From Rhodosorus marinus CCMP1338 (lineage: Eukaryota > Plantae > Rhodophyta): DNA of 248,000 nt. The stretch lies in assembly GCA_029953675.1 (NCBI GenBank), contig JAMWBK010000001.1:1260001-1508000 (forward strand), written 5' to 3'. Shown piece after piece: positions 63,653 to 76,845 of the stretch. Below the pieces are notes generated by a model that saw only the letters and a list, made by a program, of their open reading frames with translations, was not told where the DNA came from and searched no databases. Position numbers and translations under genes: made by a program. Position 1 is the stretch's first letter, and each line of letters starts with the position of its first letter.

Positions 63653-64651
63653 TTGCGGAAGACCAAAAGAAAAATGATGGGCGGAAAAGTGATCTTTCTT
63701 CTGCTCCTGGTGGTCATCAGTATTGGCGTTGCACAAGACACATGTGCTTCATTCGAACTTCCTGAACCCACAGCGGTTAGACCAAACGGCGAGCCAACGA
63801 CTTCTACCAAGCGGGCCATTTGGGGCGATAAATACTGCCGGAAGTTGACGCTGCCGGAGCTGGATGGAAACGTGCCGGTCGTGTGTGTAAACACTAAGAT
63901 GATCGATGAAGATACTACCTGCCTAAAGATGAGGCTGCGAAACGTTGGATTGTCCTTTGTGAAGTCCCTCAAGATTGGCGTGCATCCAGATTGCGCCATG
64001 GTTCCTCCTGCCGATGGGAACCCGAGGAGGTTCCAAAGGCAGAGACTTGGAAACAATTTAGCGAACGGACAAGTCATAAGCTCAGTGAAGCTCTGTTTCG
64101 ACAAAATCCCAGCGACACAATCGTGCTGTGGGACAACTCGGTGTTTGGTGATGGAAGCAACTATTGATGTCGATGGAGTGGACACGACAGTAGAAATCGA
64201 TGACCCTAGATGTGGCGAGGAACCGACGTGTCCATACTACATCGGCTGTCCAAACGTGATCGACCAAGAGTCAGACACGAGACGGGGTGTTAAATACTTT
64301 TATGGCACAGATTCCGACGATGTACTACTTCTACCTGATGTCCCGTACACGCGGAGCTTTTCCTACGACGGTAGAGACGTAGTTCTTGGCGGCAACGGAA
64401 ACGATGTTGTGTTCGTCGGGGGAGGAGAGAATACTATGAAAGGGGGCTTGGGCAACGACCAGTTTTTTGCCGATGAGGACGGAGTAAACAGAGTTTACCT
64501 CGGTGGCGGCACTGATGCATTTGGCCCCTTCCTTGACGGTGGTGCAACTCCAGACTACTATTATGGAGGCCAGGGGAATGACGTTTACTTCTCTTACAAT
64601 CTGGATTACAACGATGTTGTCCAAAGTTTTGATGGCCCGATCTCGTCGTAG
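63653..64651 (+). CDS. Secreted Cys-domain/RTX-repeat protein (group 1, copy 2)
   Basis: Close paralog of 49648..50643. Confidence 0.87.
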   Translation: MRKTKRKMMGGKVIFLLLLVVISIGVAQDTCASFELPEPTAVRPNGEPTTSTKRAIWGDKYCRKLTLPELDGNVPVVCVNTKMIDEDTTCLKMRLRNVGLSFVKSLKIGVHPDCAMVPPADGNPRRFQRQRLGNNLANGQVISSVKLCFDKIPATQSCCGTTRCLVMEATIDVDGVDTTVEIDDPRCGEEPTCPYYIGCPNVIDQESDTRRGVKYFYGTDSDDVLLLPDVPYTRSFSYDGRDVVLGGNGNDVVFVGGGENTMKGGLGNDQFFADEDGVNRVYLGGGTDAFGPFLDGGATPDYYYGGQGNDVYFSYNLDYNDVVQSFDGPISS

Positions 64652-65559
64652 ATGGGTAGGAGGAGGTTATTGTTCTCAGAGGTTTAGTATAAACCACGGA
64701 ATGTGTCCCTTACGAAAACTAAAACAAGGGGAGAAGGTAGAGGACCCCCCTCAATGAGATATCAGAAAAGCCCCTGATCGCAAATTTCTTTTGAGCGGGC
64801 GATTCAGGTGCTATCGCATTCACTGCCAGCTGCCCATTACAGCTCCAGAGAATCCTATTGATTCCTTTGCCGCTGCCGACCCCAAAGCGTCATTTTCCCG
64901 GATGACAACGATGTTGTCAAAAAATTTGTTAACAAGTAAAGCCACAAACACCTGGTTTTGTCCACACAAAGGGAGGCTTTTTTACTTCCTCGACCCACGC
65001 TATGACAGCCTGTCTAGCTCAGTAGAAGTAATAATGATTCATTGATACATTGTAAGTGCTCATTACCCTCCTGTCCACAGTCGATTCAATTGATAGTGGT
65101 CGGGAAAAAGCGCTTTTGATGGGGTAAACAGTGCAGGAAATGGAAGTTCTTAGAGGGTTAAAGAGATTCGTAGCCACGCACACGCCGTTACCTTTTACTA
65201 AAGCAATCCCTCTAAGATCATCCGTAATCATCGGGGTTGCTTGACTAAAAAGTAACTGTGTATGCTCCTCCACGGGTCACTACAGCTCTGTAAGAACTTT
65301 CCGGTCCAGCAGGTTATGAGTCCAGCTCACAGCCTCGGAGAGGTGTGACCTAGGAAGATGAGGAATGAACTGGATTGTAGAGAAGGTTAGAGGAGACCTT
65401 GGCCAAGGAGGACACAGGGGGGACTTTTGTTAACAAAACTAGGTGTATGAGTGTTGTTCATCCTCGACGTTCATATATACTCCGAGTCAACTATACTTGA
65501 TGGCTTCTAGTATCAATATATATGAGGTGCTATCTCTGAGATGCTTGGACTTAGGGAAA

Positions 65560-66880
65560 ACCTTCATGCAGATGCAAGCGTAGCAAAACCCTTAATCCTA
65601 CCCAGGTTTTATCCTATTCACTCAGGTAGCCAACAAAAATACGAATCCCTACTGACGATACAATGGCTCTGTGTTAGTAACCGTAAACTTTACTGCGCAG
65701 CTGCCTACTGCAGCGTATCACTAGTTCTACTACTATCTAGCGAAAAGCTTACGCTAATCCCGCTACCGGGGTCTCATGCTGCGTTCACACGAAAAAACAG
65801 GGACGAGTGGATTCGCCAACTGGTCCACTCCCAGAGCGCCCATAGCTATCTCCGCGTTCCTCGGCCATAATTTGCGGTTGATCTGAGCCCGAACATCGCT
65901 CAGTTCTAAGCTCCGGTGCAACAAATGCTTGCATCTATCTCGTAGAAATTCTTGGGCCATTTGTCCTGTACGCCCAAAGCTCTCGATCGCAATGGGAATG
66001 AGCTTGTCGTCTGGCTTCTCCACTGACATCGCCTCTTTGTAATGTGCCATTTCCACCTCTTCGCTCGTTTCGCTGCATATCCATTCTCTGACCCACTCCG
66101 ATTCACGTTTTTCTCCTGCACTGGCGATGTGACAGTCACATCCAGCGCATACCTTTGGAACGTCCTGGGATGAGTGGCAATGATATCCGGTCTTAGTCGG
66201 TAGTTCTCGAAGTACCCCTCCGGTTCTTGCTTAACGTCGATGAAATTCCCGTGATTCAGCGTCAGCTCCGTCAGATTTCGTCGTACCTTCGCTGCCATAG
66301 TCCCGTCGATGTTGGGCAATGGTTTCACCATTGTACGCCGTTAGTACCATGCGTACTACCACAACTAGTACACTTCCCCGACGTCCGTATGTCCAGTATC
66401 GGCAAACCCAACAGCTGTCGTACATTCACTTGCAGTTCTGCTGTACTCTGTTTTTTCGGCGCGAGCGTCGGCATTTCCCGTAACCACACTCCTGATCCGG
66501 CTCCGGCTGCGGACCGAATTCTGGCCCGATCTTCAGCCGAAATTTGCCCGTGGGATCCCAGTCTTTGGAAAGCTGCATGGTGTGCCTCTCTCGAGAGGGT
66601 TTGTTGAATGCCCTATTTGTCACCAAATCCGACTGAGACAGAACCCCCATCTAAGTGCACTAAATATATATAAGGGCTTCCGAATTGGTTCCCAGTCTCT
66701 TTGTTGACCTACGGGAGTCAAAGAGCCGAACCTGTACGGATATCTTCGGCACGCAGTAGGTGTTTACGTAGAGCTTCAGGGGAGCATTCGATACGTGCAG
66801 ATCAGTCATAATCTGCTAACATTTATAGCACCGCGCCCCCATCGAATGATCACCTTGATGTCCACGCATTTGTCACAAAT
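65560..66880 (-). mobile_element. Family C RLE retrotransposon 3' portion, degenerate
   Basis: FHHCPTSTGLWQRR..RPDIIATHP..YALDVTVTSP..IPIAIESFG; C-type 3' UTR gctgcagtaggcagc..cagtaaagtttacggttac. Confidence 0.8.
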
Positions 66881-69800
66881 TGCTCCTGCTCCAGATCGGT
66901 CTCGGATAGGGCACCGCCCCGCTGTATCGCAGATCTCCTCGCCTCCGATGCTGCCACTAGACGCTCAGGATATGTTTACCTCGCGATTACATGCCCTGTG
67001 GCAGGCGCCCATCTGACGGCTGCCGCCCGCCCCCGGGGAACAGCTGCTTCGGCCCTTCGCCGAGTGAAGAAACGACGGTATGCTGAGAGTGTGGCCAGTC
67101 TGCCTCGCGCTGGGGGTCGCTCCCACCGGTTCCAGCCTTTCACTGTGGAAAGCTTTGGTCACGTGGAGAAGTCGGGTTTGGAATGGTTGCGGAAATGCTT
67201 TACTGAGCATCCTGTTGAATACTTGGAACTTTTGCGGCGTTTAAGTGTCTCTCTGTGGCGATATTCGAGCAGCATGCTTGCCGAGGCGCGCCATCGGCGC
67301 CTGGGTTTGCACGCTTCCCTACCTAGTTCTTAGTTCCTTTTCACGGTTTGCGTAGCGCTTCAGGCTAAGCCAGTAAAGCCATGTGCGTAGCGCTTTAGGC
67401 TATGCTAATAAAGCCAATAAAGCCATAAAGCATATGTTGACCTCGCGATTGCATGCCCTGTGTCACGGCTGCCGCCCGCCGCCGGGGAACAGCTGCTTCG
67501 GCCTTTCGCCGAGTGAAGGAACGACGGTATGCTGAGAGTATGGCCAGTCTGCCTCGTGCTAAGGGTCGCTCCCACCGGTTCCAGCCTTTCACTGTGGAAA
67601 GCTTGGTCACGTGGAGAAGTCGGGTTTGGAATGGTTGCGGAAATGTTTTACTGAGCATCCTGTTGAATACTTGGAACTTTTGCGACGTTTAGGTGTCTCT
67701 CTGAGGCGATATTCTAGCAGCATGCTTGCCGAGGCGCGCCATTGGCGCCTGGGTTTGCACGCTTCCCGCTTCCCTACCTAGTTTTTAGTTCCTTTTCACG
67801 CTTTGCGTAGCGCTTTAGGTTATGCTAAAAAAAAAAAACAACCAACAAAACCAATAAAACCACCCCCACATAAAGCAATACGGATATATGGTTTAACACC
67901 ATCGACCTTTGCCTTACCGCTTGCAATGAATGAATTGGTTTAATCGGAGGCTGAAAGAAAAAAAAACCGAGGGGAAGAAAAAGACTAAGCGCGGCGAAGA
68001 TCGTGCGCCTTCAACATCAAAGCAGCGTTCATACGGCGCACTGCAAGAAACTTAACGGGTAAACAACGAGGAGAGACGGTCAGGGCGTTCGCGGAACAAT
68101 TCCAAAAGCCAACGAGAACCAAACAGAATCCATAAAACCAAAGCACTCAATGACCAGAGGTACCAGGCAGAAACACGAATGCCTGGGGAAGACAACGCCA
68201 CCGCATATTCCAACTCTTTGAGACGTTTCATATTGGTGCTAGCGTGGCAGCTTATACAGGGCTTTACTGGGCTTTAATAGCATAGCCTGAAGCGCTACGC
68301 AAACCGTGAAAAGGAACTAAGAACTAGGGAGGGAAGCGGGAAGCGTGCAAACCCAGGCGCCAATGGCGCGCCTCGGCAAGCATGCTGCTAGAATATCGCC
68401 TCAGAGAGACACCTAAACGCCGCAAAAGTTCCAAGTATTCAACAGGATGCTCAGTAAAACATTTCCGCAACCATTTCAAACCCGACTTCTCCACGTGACC
68501 AAAGCTTTCCACAATGAAAGGCTGGAACCGGTGGGAGCGGCCCTTAACACGAGGCAGACTGGCCATGCTCTCAGCATACCGTCGTTCCTTCACTCGTCGA
68601 AGAGCCGAAGCGGCTGCCCCTCGGCGGTGGGCGGCAGCCGTGAGATGGGCGCTCGCCACAGGGCATGTAATCGCGAGGTCAACATATGCTGAGCGTCGTG
68701 CAGCAGGGTCTGATACAAGAAGATCTGCGATACAGTGGGCCGGCGCCGTGTCCGAGACCGATCTGGGTAGTCCCGATTCTACCTCAACCGTATGCCCTAC
68801 CCGAGTTAAACATTCGCTTAGGATGTACTTGAGACGAGTGTGGCGCCTCGTGCGGAGACCTCGCAACAGGCCGCATGAACCCAAGAAGTGGTAGCCACAA
68901 GCGTCAACCCGGCTATCACATCCCTGACAGAAAGACGGCCGATTAGAGTGCCACGGGGCTTGTGGCAAACCTAAGTAGATCCGTGCGGCGGAGCGGAAGT
69001 GGAAGGCATCGAGACGGTGACCCGGCGACGAAGGCAGAGTGGTAACCACAGGTGCGAGAGATGGCCTCCCATGCCGCGAAGGCGAGCGGCGGTGGTAGGC
69101 GGTGTGAGTGGACAGTTGAGCAAGATTGCGTGAGCGGCACTGTGAGCTTTACTAGCATAGCCTGAAGTGCTACGCATGGCGTGAAAAGGAACTAAGAACT
69201 AGGGAGAGAAGCGTGCAAACTCAGGCGCCGATGGCGCGCCTCGGCAAGCATGCTGCTAGAATATCGCCACAGGGCGGCACTAAAACGCCGTAAAAGCGCC
69301 AAGTACTCAGTAGGATGCTCAGCGAAACATTTCCGCATCCACGCTAAACCTGACTTATCCACGTGACCAAAGCTTTCCACAATGAAAGGCTGGAACCGAT
69401 GGGAGCGACCCTCGGCGTAGGGCAGACTGGCCATGCTCCCAGCATACCGTCGTTCCTTCACTCGTCGAAGAGCCGAAGCGGCTGCCTCTCGGCGGCGAAG
69501 CTTATACTGGACTTTACTGGCTTTATTATCATAGCCTACAGCGCTACGCAAACCGTTAAAAGGAACTAAGAACTAGGTAGGGAAGCGTGCAAACCCAGGC
69601 GCCGATGGCGCGCCTCGGCAAGCATGCTGCTCGAATATCGCCACAGAGAGGCACTTAAGCGCCGCAAAAGTTCCAAGTATTCAACAGGATTCTTTCCGCA
69701 ACCACTCCAAACCCGACTTCTCCACGCGACCAAAGTTTTCCACAATGAAAGGCTGGAACCGGTGGGAGCGACCCTGAGCGCGAGGAAGGCTGGCCATACT

Positions 69801-70620
69801 CTCAACATACCGTCGTTCCTTCACGCGGCGAAGGGCCGAAGCAGCTGCTCCCCGGCGACGGGCGGCAGCCGTCAGATGGGCGCTTGCCAGAGGGCATGTA
69901 ATCGCGAGGTCAACTTATGCTGAGCGTCTGGCGCCGGCATCGGAGACGAGGAGATCTGCGATACAGCGGAGCGGTGCCCTATCCGAGACCCATCTGGGTA
70001 GTTCCGATTCCACCTCAACCGTATGCCCTACCCGAGTCAGACATTCGCTGAGAATGTACTTGAAGCGAGTGTGACGCCTCGTACGAAGACCTCTCAACAG
70101 TCCGCATGAACCTAAGAAATGGTAACCGCAAGCATCGATCCGACTCTCACATCCCTGACAGAAAGACGGCCGATTAGAGTGCCACTAGCATAGCCTGAGG
70201 CGCTACGCAAGGCGTGAAAAAGAACTAAGAACTAGGGCGGGAAGCGTGCAAACCCAGGCGCCGATGGCGCGCCTCGGCAAGCATGCTGCTAGAATATCGC
70301 CGCAGGGCGACATTCAAACGCCGTAAAAGCGCCAAGTACTCAGTAGGATGCTCAGCGAAACATTTCCGCAACCAGTCAAGCCAGTTCAGGCTATGCTAGT
70401 AAAGTCCTTCTCTGAAGATCACGCGCTTCTAAACCCGACTTATCCACATGACCAAAGCTTTCCACAATGAAAGGCTGGAACGGGTGGGAACGACCCGCGG
70501 CGTAGGGCAGGCTGGCCATGCTCTCAGCATACCGTCGTTCCTTCACTCGTCGAAGAGCCGAAGCTTATTCTGGCTTTATTAGCCTACAGCTTTATTAGCA
70601 TACTAATGACTCGTGTTCTA
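66880..70620. mobile_element. Pile-up of short family A-like 3' fragments in both orientations
   Basis: Repeated RHRRLGLHASLPSS termini with ctatgctaataaagcc-type tails. Confidence 0.8.
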
Positions 70621-70829
70621 TCGGAACTTCTCCTCCTCGAGATAAAGTTCCGTCTCTAAGTATTGGTTGTCAAAAAATGCTCCGCGGACTCCCGGACTAT
70701 ACGCGCATATCCGTCCCCTGGAGTATCTTCGCGCACTTTAAAACTGTAAACTGGGAAGGTGAGGAATGAATGGTTTGAGGAGACCTTGGCCAAGTAGGAC
70801 AGAGGGGGTCAGTTTCACCCCCTGATTGA

Positions 70830-71320
70830 ATGAATGGTTTAATCGGAGGCTGAAAAAAAAACCCCGAGGGGAAAAAAAGACTAAGCGCGGCGAAGTACTC
70901 GCGCCTCCAACATCAAAGCGGCATTCATGCGCCACAGCAGGAAACTTAAGCGGGTAAACAACGATTGAAGACGGTCAGGGCGTTCGCGGAACAACTCCCG
71001 AAGCCAGCGAGAACCAACAGAGTCCATGAACCCAAAGCACTCAATGATCAGGGGTACCAAGCGATGTGCTAGTGCCGAAGCACGAACACCAGGGGAAGAC
71101 AAAGCCCCCGCGTATTTGATCTCTTTGCGGCGTCTCATGCTGGCGGCGGCAGATCCACGGCGCTCCCCCGCAGCCGGGAGATAACGACTAGCTTGAGGGT
71201 TAGGAACAGCAAGATCAACGTATGTGGTACGGCGGCTGTCGTCACAGGTGATCACCAGATCGGCTACACGGCGTTCATCATTTTGAAAGTCCGCGACGGG
71301 TAAAGGTTTCTCACGTTCGA
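70830..71320 (-). mobile_element. Family B 3' fragment
   Basis: ORF 70881..71255; (cattc) tail. Confidence 0.9.
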
Positions 71321-73129
71321 TTACGGGAAAGGTTAACCAAACAATACGAAAAAATACTATCCTTATTTTTATACGTGTTTTAATTTAATATACACCAATA
71401 ATAGCGACCTTACATTCATGGGGGAATATGAATGGTAAATCTGCGTACCAAGTCTCTTTTATTGGTCATATTTGTTTCATATAATTTTATATTCTTGTAT
71501 GTCCAAGGCAGCTCAAGGGAACCGCTGACTTTCTCCAATTCTAAACTTTCCCATTGAATGAATTTGTTTAATCGGATCACTGAAAGAAAATTTCCTGAAG
71601 GGGAAAGAACGAGTACGCGCGGCTGAAGATCGCCCGCCTCCAACTTGAAAGTAGCGTTCAGACGCCACAGCAAGAAACTTACACGGATAAGCAAACGAGG
71701 AGGCAGGGTCAGGGCGGTCGCGGAACAGCTCCTGAAGCCAACGAGAACCAACGGAATCCACAAAAACCCAAAGCACTCAACTCGATCCAGAGGTGCCAGG
71801 CGATCAGCCGAGAAGCGCAACACGAATGCCAGGGGAAGACAAAGCCCCTACTAATTCGTGCTTCCGACTCAAAAACCCCTGACTTCGGCGGTTAACGAGG
71901 AACAAAAAAGTGTGCAAGGCAAGCCGGCGGAAGTCAAGCCTCGGCTGCAATGGCGTGACTATGTAGTCTGGGCTCAGGACAACTAATCAGTATTGGGTGT
72001 ATTTTTGACAAGAGAACCAATTTTTGGGGGTAAGCACTGATTGAAACGGTCTTAATGCATTCGCCTGATCAGCCATTTGAGCGCTTACATTGTGTTCTCC
72101 TAGGAGTGCGGAAGGAATGAAATGCCCGGGAGGAGGGTTGTATCCTGTTAAGGTCTTTAGGATCGTGGAGCACAAAAGGATAGCAAGAAAGCCTAGCTGT
72201 TCCCTCTCAGATTTTCAAGTTCTGACCTTGGGATGCTCGGCGCCCCTGAGCGCCTTGATATGCACAGGGGAGAACCAAATCTCTAAGGACAGCAATTGAC
72301 TGTTTTCGTTCCAAAGGTGTCCCTGGGATCCGGTTGAAGGGAAAATTGAACCAAAGCTATTCACTCTCGCCCCTGTTTCTGGTGCTTATCCGGGAACTGG
72401 AAGTCCAATGCACCCTGCTCATTTGAAGATTACTTTGTACCGCTTTCTTAAGAGTCTAGACCATCAGATCAATGTGTATTCTGACTGGGGATGTAGACTT
72501 TCGGGGTATACTAGAGTCCAGGTAATGCTCACATCCTTGTCATCTTGCCCTCTGTCTTGCCTGTGCTAAACCTGACTGACTCTCTAGCCAAGGGGAAATC
72601 TATTTATTCGCGCACTCGATATGCACAAGGGAGAACTAGAGCGCAAAGGAGAACAATTGGCTGTTTTCCGTTCAAAGAGTTTCCCTGGATCCGGGTTGAA
72701 GGGGAAGACGAACCAAGGCTATTCATTCTCTCCCTTTGTTTCTGGTGCTCATCACGGAACTGGAAATCCAATGCTGCCTGCCCCCCACTTGAAGATTGCT
72801 CTTGTACCGCTTTCTTAAGAGTCTGGACCATCAGATCAATATGCATTCTGATTGGGGAAGTAAACGTTCGGGGTATAGTATGGGTAGAGGACCGGCATCT
72901 TACCCCTCTGAAGAGTTCCCGTTCGCATCCTTCTGATTTTTCCTTCTGTCTTCATTGTACTAAACAAGATCGATTCTAGTCAAACGGGAGCATATTTATA
73001 CTCCAGTGCTAGATCACATTCGACCCTTATCTAGACTAAAATCGTTGAGTTTTTAGCCCTCCTCGAACGAAGAATATGATAGAATACGACACATCTGCCC
73101 TAGATCAAACCCGGAGTTGTCCTGCCTTT

Positions 73130-73950
73130 AGTGGACTTTACCGGACTTTACTGGACTTTACTAGCACTAGCATAGCCTGAAGCGCTACGCAAGGCGTGAA
73201 GATGAACTAATAACTAGGGAGGGAAGCATGCAACCCCAGGCGCCGATGGCGCGCCTCGGAAAGCATGTGGAATTTACTAGCATAGCCTGAAGCGCTACGC
73301 AAGGCGTGAAGATGAACTAATAACTAGGGAGGGAAGCATGCAACCCCAGGCGCCGATGGCGCGCCTCGGAAAGCATGTGGAATTTACTAGCATAGCCTGA
73401 AGCGCTACGCAAGGCGTGAAGATGAACTAATAACTAGGGAGGGAAGCATGCAACCCCAGGCGCCGATGGCGCGCCTCGGAAAGCATGTCGCCGGAATATC
73501 GCCAAAGGGAGACACTTAAACGCCTCAAGAGCGCCAAATATTCAGTAGGATGCTCAGCAAAACATTTCCGCAACCACTCTAAACCCGACTTATCGACGTG
73601 ACCAAAGCTTTTCACAATGAATGGCTGGAACCGGTGAGAGCGACCCTCAGCGCAAGGCAGACTGGCCATGCTCTCAGCATACCGTCGTTCCTTAACTCTT
73701 CGAAGGGCTGAAGCCGCGGCCCCCCGGCGGCGGGCGGCTGCGGTGAGGTGGGCGCTGGCCACGGGGCAGGTAATCGCAAGGTCCACATATGTTGAGCGTC
73801 TGGCAGCAGCGTCAGAGACGAGGAGATCGGCTATACAGCGGGGCGGTGCAGAGTCCGAGATGGATCTGGGCAGTTCCGACTCAACCTCAACCGTATGCCC
73901 TATCCGAGTCAAAAATTCGCTGAGGATGTACTTGAGGCGAGTGTGACTTT
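73130..73950 (-). mobile_element. Family A 3' fragment with two extra exact 120-bp copies of its 3' end
   Basis: Units at ~73151, 73271 and 73391 each break at aagcatgtgg|aatttactag; (actggacttt)-type tail. Confidence 0.9.
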
Positions 73951-75870
73951 TTCTTTAGTAGCTTGTGCTTGGATAGTACATTCGACGTACCGGTTCACCT
74001 TGTCGATGGCGCTCCTCCGGTGACCAACGGTCACACTTCTGACCGTTTTAGCAATTGTGCTACAACGTGCTCCCACGGACGGTGTCTCACGGACACTTCC
74101 GGGTCTGAGTCAATACTCACTCACAGTCCTCTGTCGGCCCCCCACCTGACATTCTAGCTTGACGGCTCTGCCGTTATCGGTCTCTAATATCGACATCGCC
74201 GCTGGCGTCAAAACTGATGACTCCGTGCGTTTCGTGGACCCTGCTGACTCCACCACGCGCAGTTGTTGCTGTTGCCAGACGCTCAGTCGCCTCTTCTGTT
74301 GATTTAAGACGTATGCAAACGCCAGTAGCCACCAACCTAGGGGATTCTTTTTCCATAGGGTAGGTCATTAGCGCGAAGAATCATCAAGATTTAGCTGAAC
74401 CCTCCGCTTTGGCATGAACGCTTTTGTTCCTCCCCCCTAGTGAACGATCTCTAACTTGCATTTTGCGGCCTGCGTAGTATGTTAGGCTATGCTAGTAAAT
74501 CGAGCCGGCCATTGAATAAATTCCCGGCGGGATCGCCAGCCGGGTCACCGTCTCGATGCCTTCCACTTCCGCTCCGCCGCACGGATCTACTTAGGTTTGC
74601 CACAAGCCCCGTGGCACTCTAATCGGCCGTCTTTCTGTCAGGGATGTGAGAGCCGGATTGACGCTTGTGGCTACCATTTCTTGGGTTCATGCGGCCTGTT
74701 GCGAGGTCTCCGCACGAAGCGCCACGCTCGTCTCAAGTACATCCTAAGCGAATGTTTGTTTAACTCGGGTAGGGCATACGGTTGAGGTGGAATCGGAACT
74801 ACCCAGATCGGTCTCGGACACGGCGCCGCCCCGCTGTATCGCAGATGTTCTTGTATCAGACCCTGCCGCCCGATGCTCAGCATATGTTGACCTCGCGATT
74901 ACATGCCCTGTGGCAAGCGCCCATCTCACGGCTGCCGCCCACCGCCGAGGGGCAGCCGCTTCGGCTCTTCGACGAGTGAAGGAACGACGGTATGCTGAGA
75001 GCATGGCCAGTCTGCCCTACGCCGATGGTCGCTCCCACCGGTTCCAGCCTTTCATTGTGGAAAGCTTTGTTCATATGGATAAGTCAGGTTTAGAGTGGTT
75101 GCGGAAATGTTTCGCTGAGCATCCTACTGAGTACTTGGCGCTTTCACGGCGTTTGAGTGCCGCCCTGTGGCGATATTCTAGCTTTTCAGGCCTTGCGTAG
75201 CGCTTCAGGCTATGGTAGTAAAGCCCAGTAAAGCCCAGTATAAAACGAGAAAATGCACTAACAAGATCGGCTCCCAACACCAGGCAGTCTATTTACACGC
75301 GAAGACTAGGTCATCATTCAACCTGCAGCTAGACTAAACCTTCGTGCTTCTAGCCTCAGGAGAACTATAAATGCCAATAATACGAATCTTTTGTCCTAAA
75401 CTAAAAACTGGAATCGACATTGTTTTAGCGCTGCTTTCTTGATTAGAACATTCTACATTTTGGTTCACTGGTGGGGATGCTTTTAGTTTACCCCCTAGTG
75501 CTCATTGGGACAAACTCTTTCATAACCATGATACGAATCTGTCAAACCATTCGTTCGATACGAATCTGTCTGGGGACTAACAAAATGAATGAATTGGTTT
75601 CTTAATCGGAGGCTGAAAGAAAAATGCCGCGAGGGGAAAAAAGAACACTAGGGACGGCGAAGATCGCGCGCCTCCAACATCAAAGCAATATGGTGAGTTG
75701 CAACATTTCCGAGGCAATTCCGATATGGACTGTCTATATAAGCTTGTCCGGAGGCAACAGTTCCCCCTTTGGCATGACCTTCGCTGTGGATGAACGTATC
75801 TAGGTCTAGGCCAAAAGGCACTTGAAGCATTGAGGAAAGGAAGCGCCGCTGAAGAGCGAGAAGAAAAGGC

Positions 75871-76845
75871 ATGCGCGGAAAAGTGGTATTTCTTCTACTC
75901 CTGGTGGTCATCGGTATTGGCGTGGCACAGGACACATGTGCTTCGTTTGAACTTCCCGAACCCACAACGGTTAGACCAAATGGCGAGCCAACCACTTCGA
76001 ACAAGAGGGCCATTTGGGGCGATAAGTACTGCCGGAAGTTAACGCTGCGGGAACTGGATGGAATGGTTCCGGTAGTCTGTGTGAACACTAAGATGATCGA
76101 TGAAGACACGACCTGTCTGAAGATGAGGCTGCGAAACGTTGATTTGTCCCTGGTGAAGTCCCTCAAAATTGGCGTCCATCCGAATTGCAATATGGTTCCT
76201 CCTGCCGGTGGGAACCCGAGGAGGTTCCAGAGCCAGAGACTTGGAAAGAATTTAGCGGAAGGACAAGTCATAAAATCAGTTAAGCTCTGCTTCGACAGAA
76301 TCCCGGCGACACAATCGTGCTGTGGGACATCTCGGTGTTTGGTGATGGAAGCAACTATTGACGTCAATGGAGTGGACACGACAGTAGAAATCGATGACCG
76401 TAGATGTGGTGAGGAACCGGCGTGTCGATACTACATCGGCTGTCCGAACGTGATCGACCAAGAGTCAGACACGAGAAGGGGTGTTAAATACTTTTATGGC
76501 ACAGATTCCGATGATTTAATACTTCTACCTGATTACCGAATCACGTCGAGCTTTACCTACGACGGTAGAGATGTTATACTTGGCGGCAACGGAAACGATC
76601 GTGTGTTCGTCGGAGGAGGAGAGAATATTATGAACGGGGGCTTAGGCAACGACCAGTTTGACGCCTATAAGGACGGGGTGAACAGAGTTTACCTCGGTGA
76701 CGGCTTTGATGGGGTTAGACCGTACCTTGACGGTGGTGCCACTCCAGACTACTATTATGGAGGCCCAGGGTATGACGTTTACTTCTCTTACAATCCGGAT
76801 GATAACGATGTTGTCCAAAGCTTTGATGGCCTCGGCTATACGTAG
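75871..76845 (+). CDS. Secreted Cys-domain/RTX-repeat protein (group 1, copy 3)
   Basis: Paralog of 49648 and 63653 with a diverged repeat region. Confidence 0.87.
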   Translation: MRGKVVFLLLLVVIGIGVAQDTCASFELPEPTTVRPNGEPTTSNKRAIWGDKYCRKLTLRELDGMVPVVCVNTKMIDEDTTCLKMRLRNVDLSLVKSLKIGVHPNCNMVPPAGGNPRRFQSQRLGKNLAEGQVIKSVKLCFDRIPATQSCCGTSRCLVMEATIDVNGVDTTVEIDDRRCGEEPACRYYIGCPNVIDQESDTRRGVKYFYGTDSDDLILLPDYRITSSFTYDGRDVILGGNGNDRVFVGGGENIMNGGLGNDQFDAYKDGVNRVYLGDGFDGVRPYLDGGATPDYYYGGPGYDVYFSYNPDDNDVVQSFDGLGYT

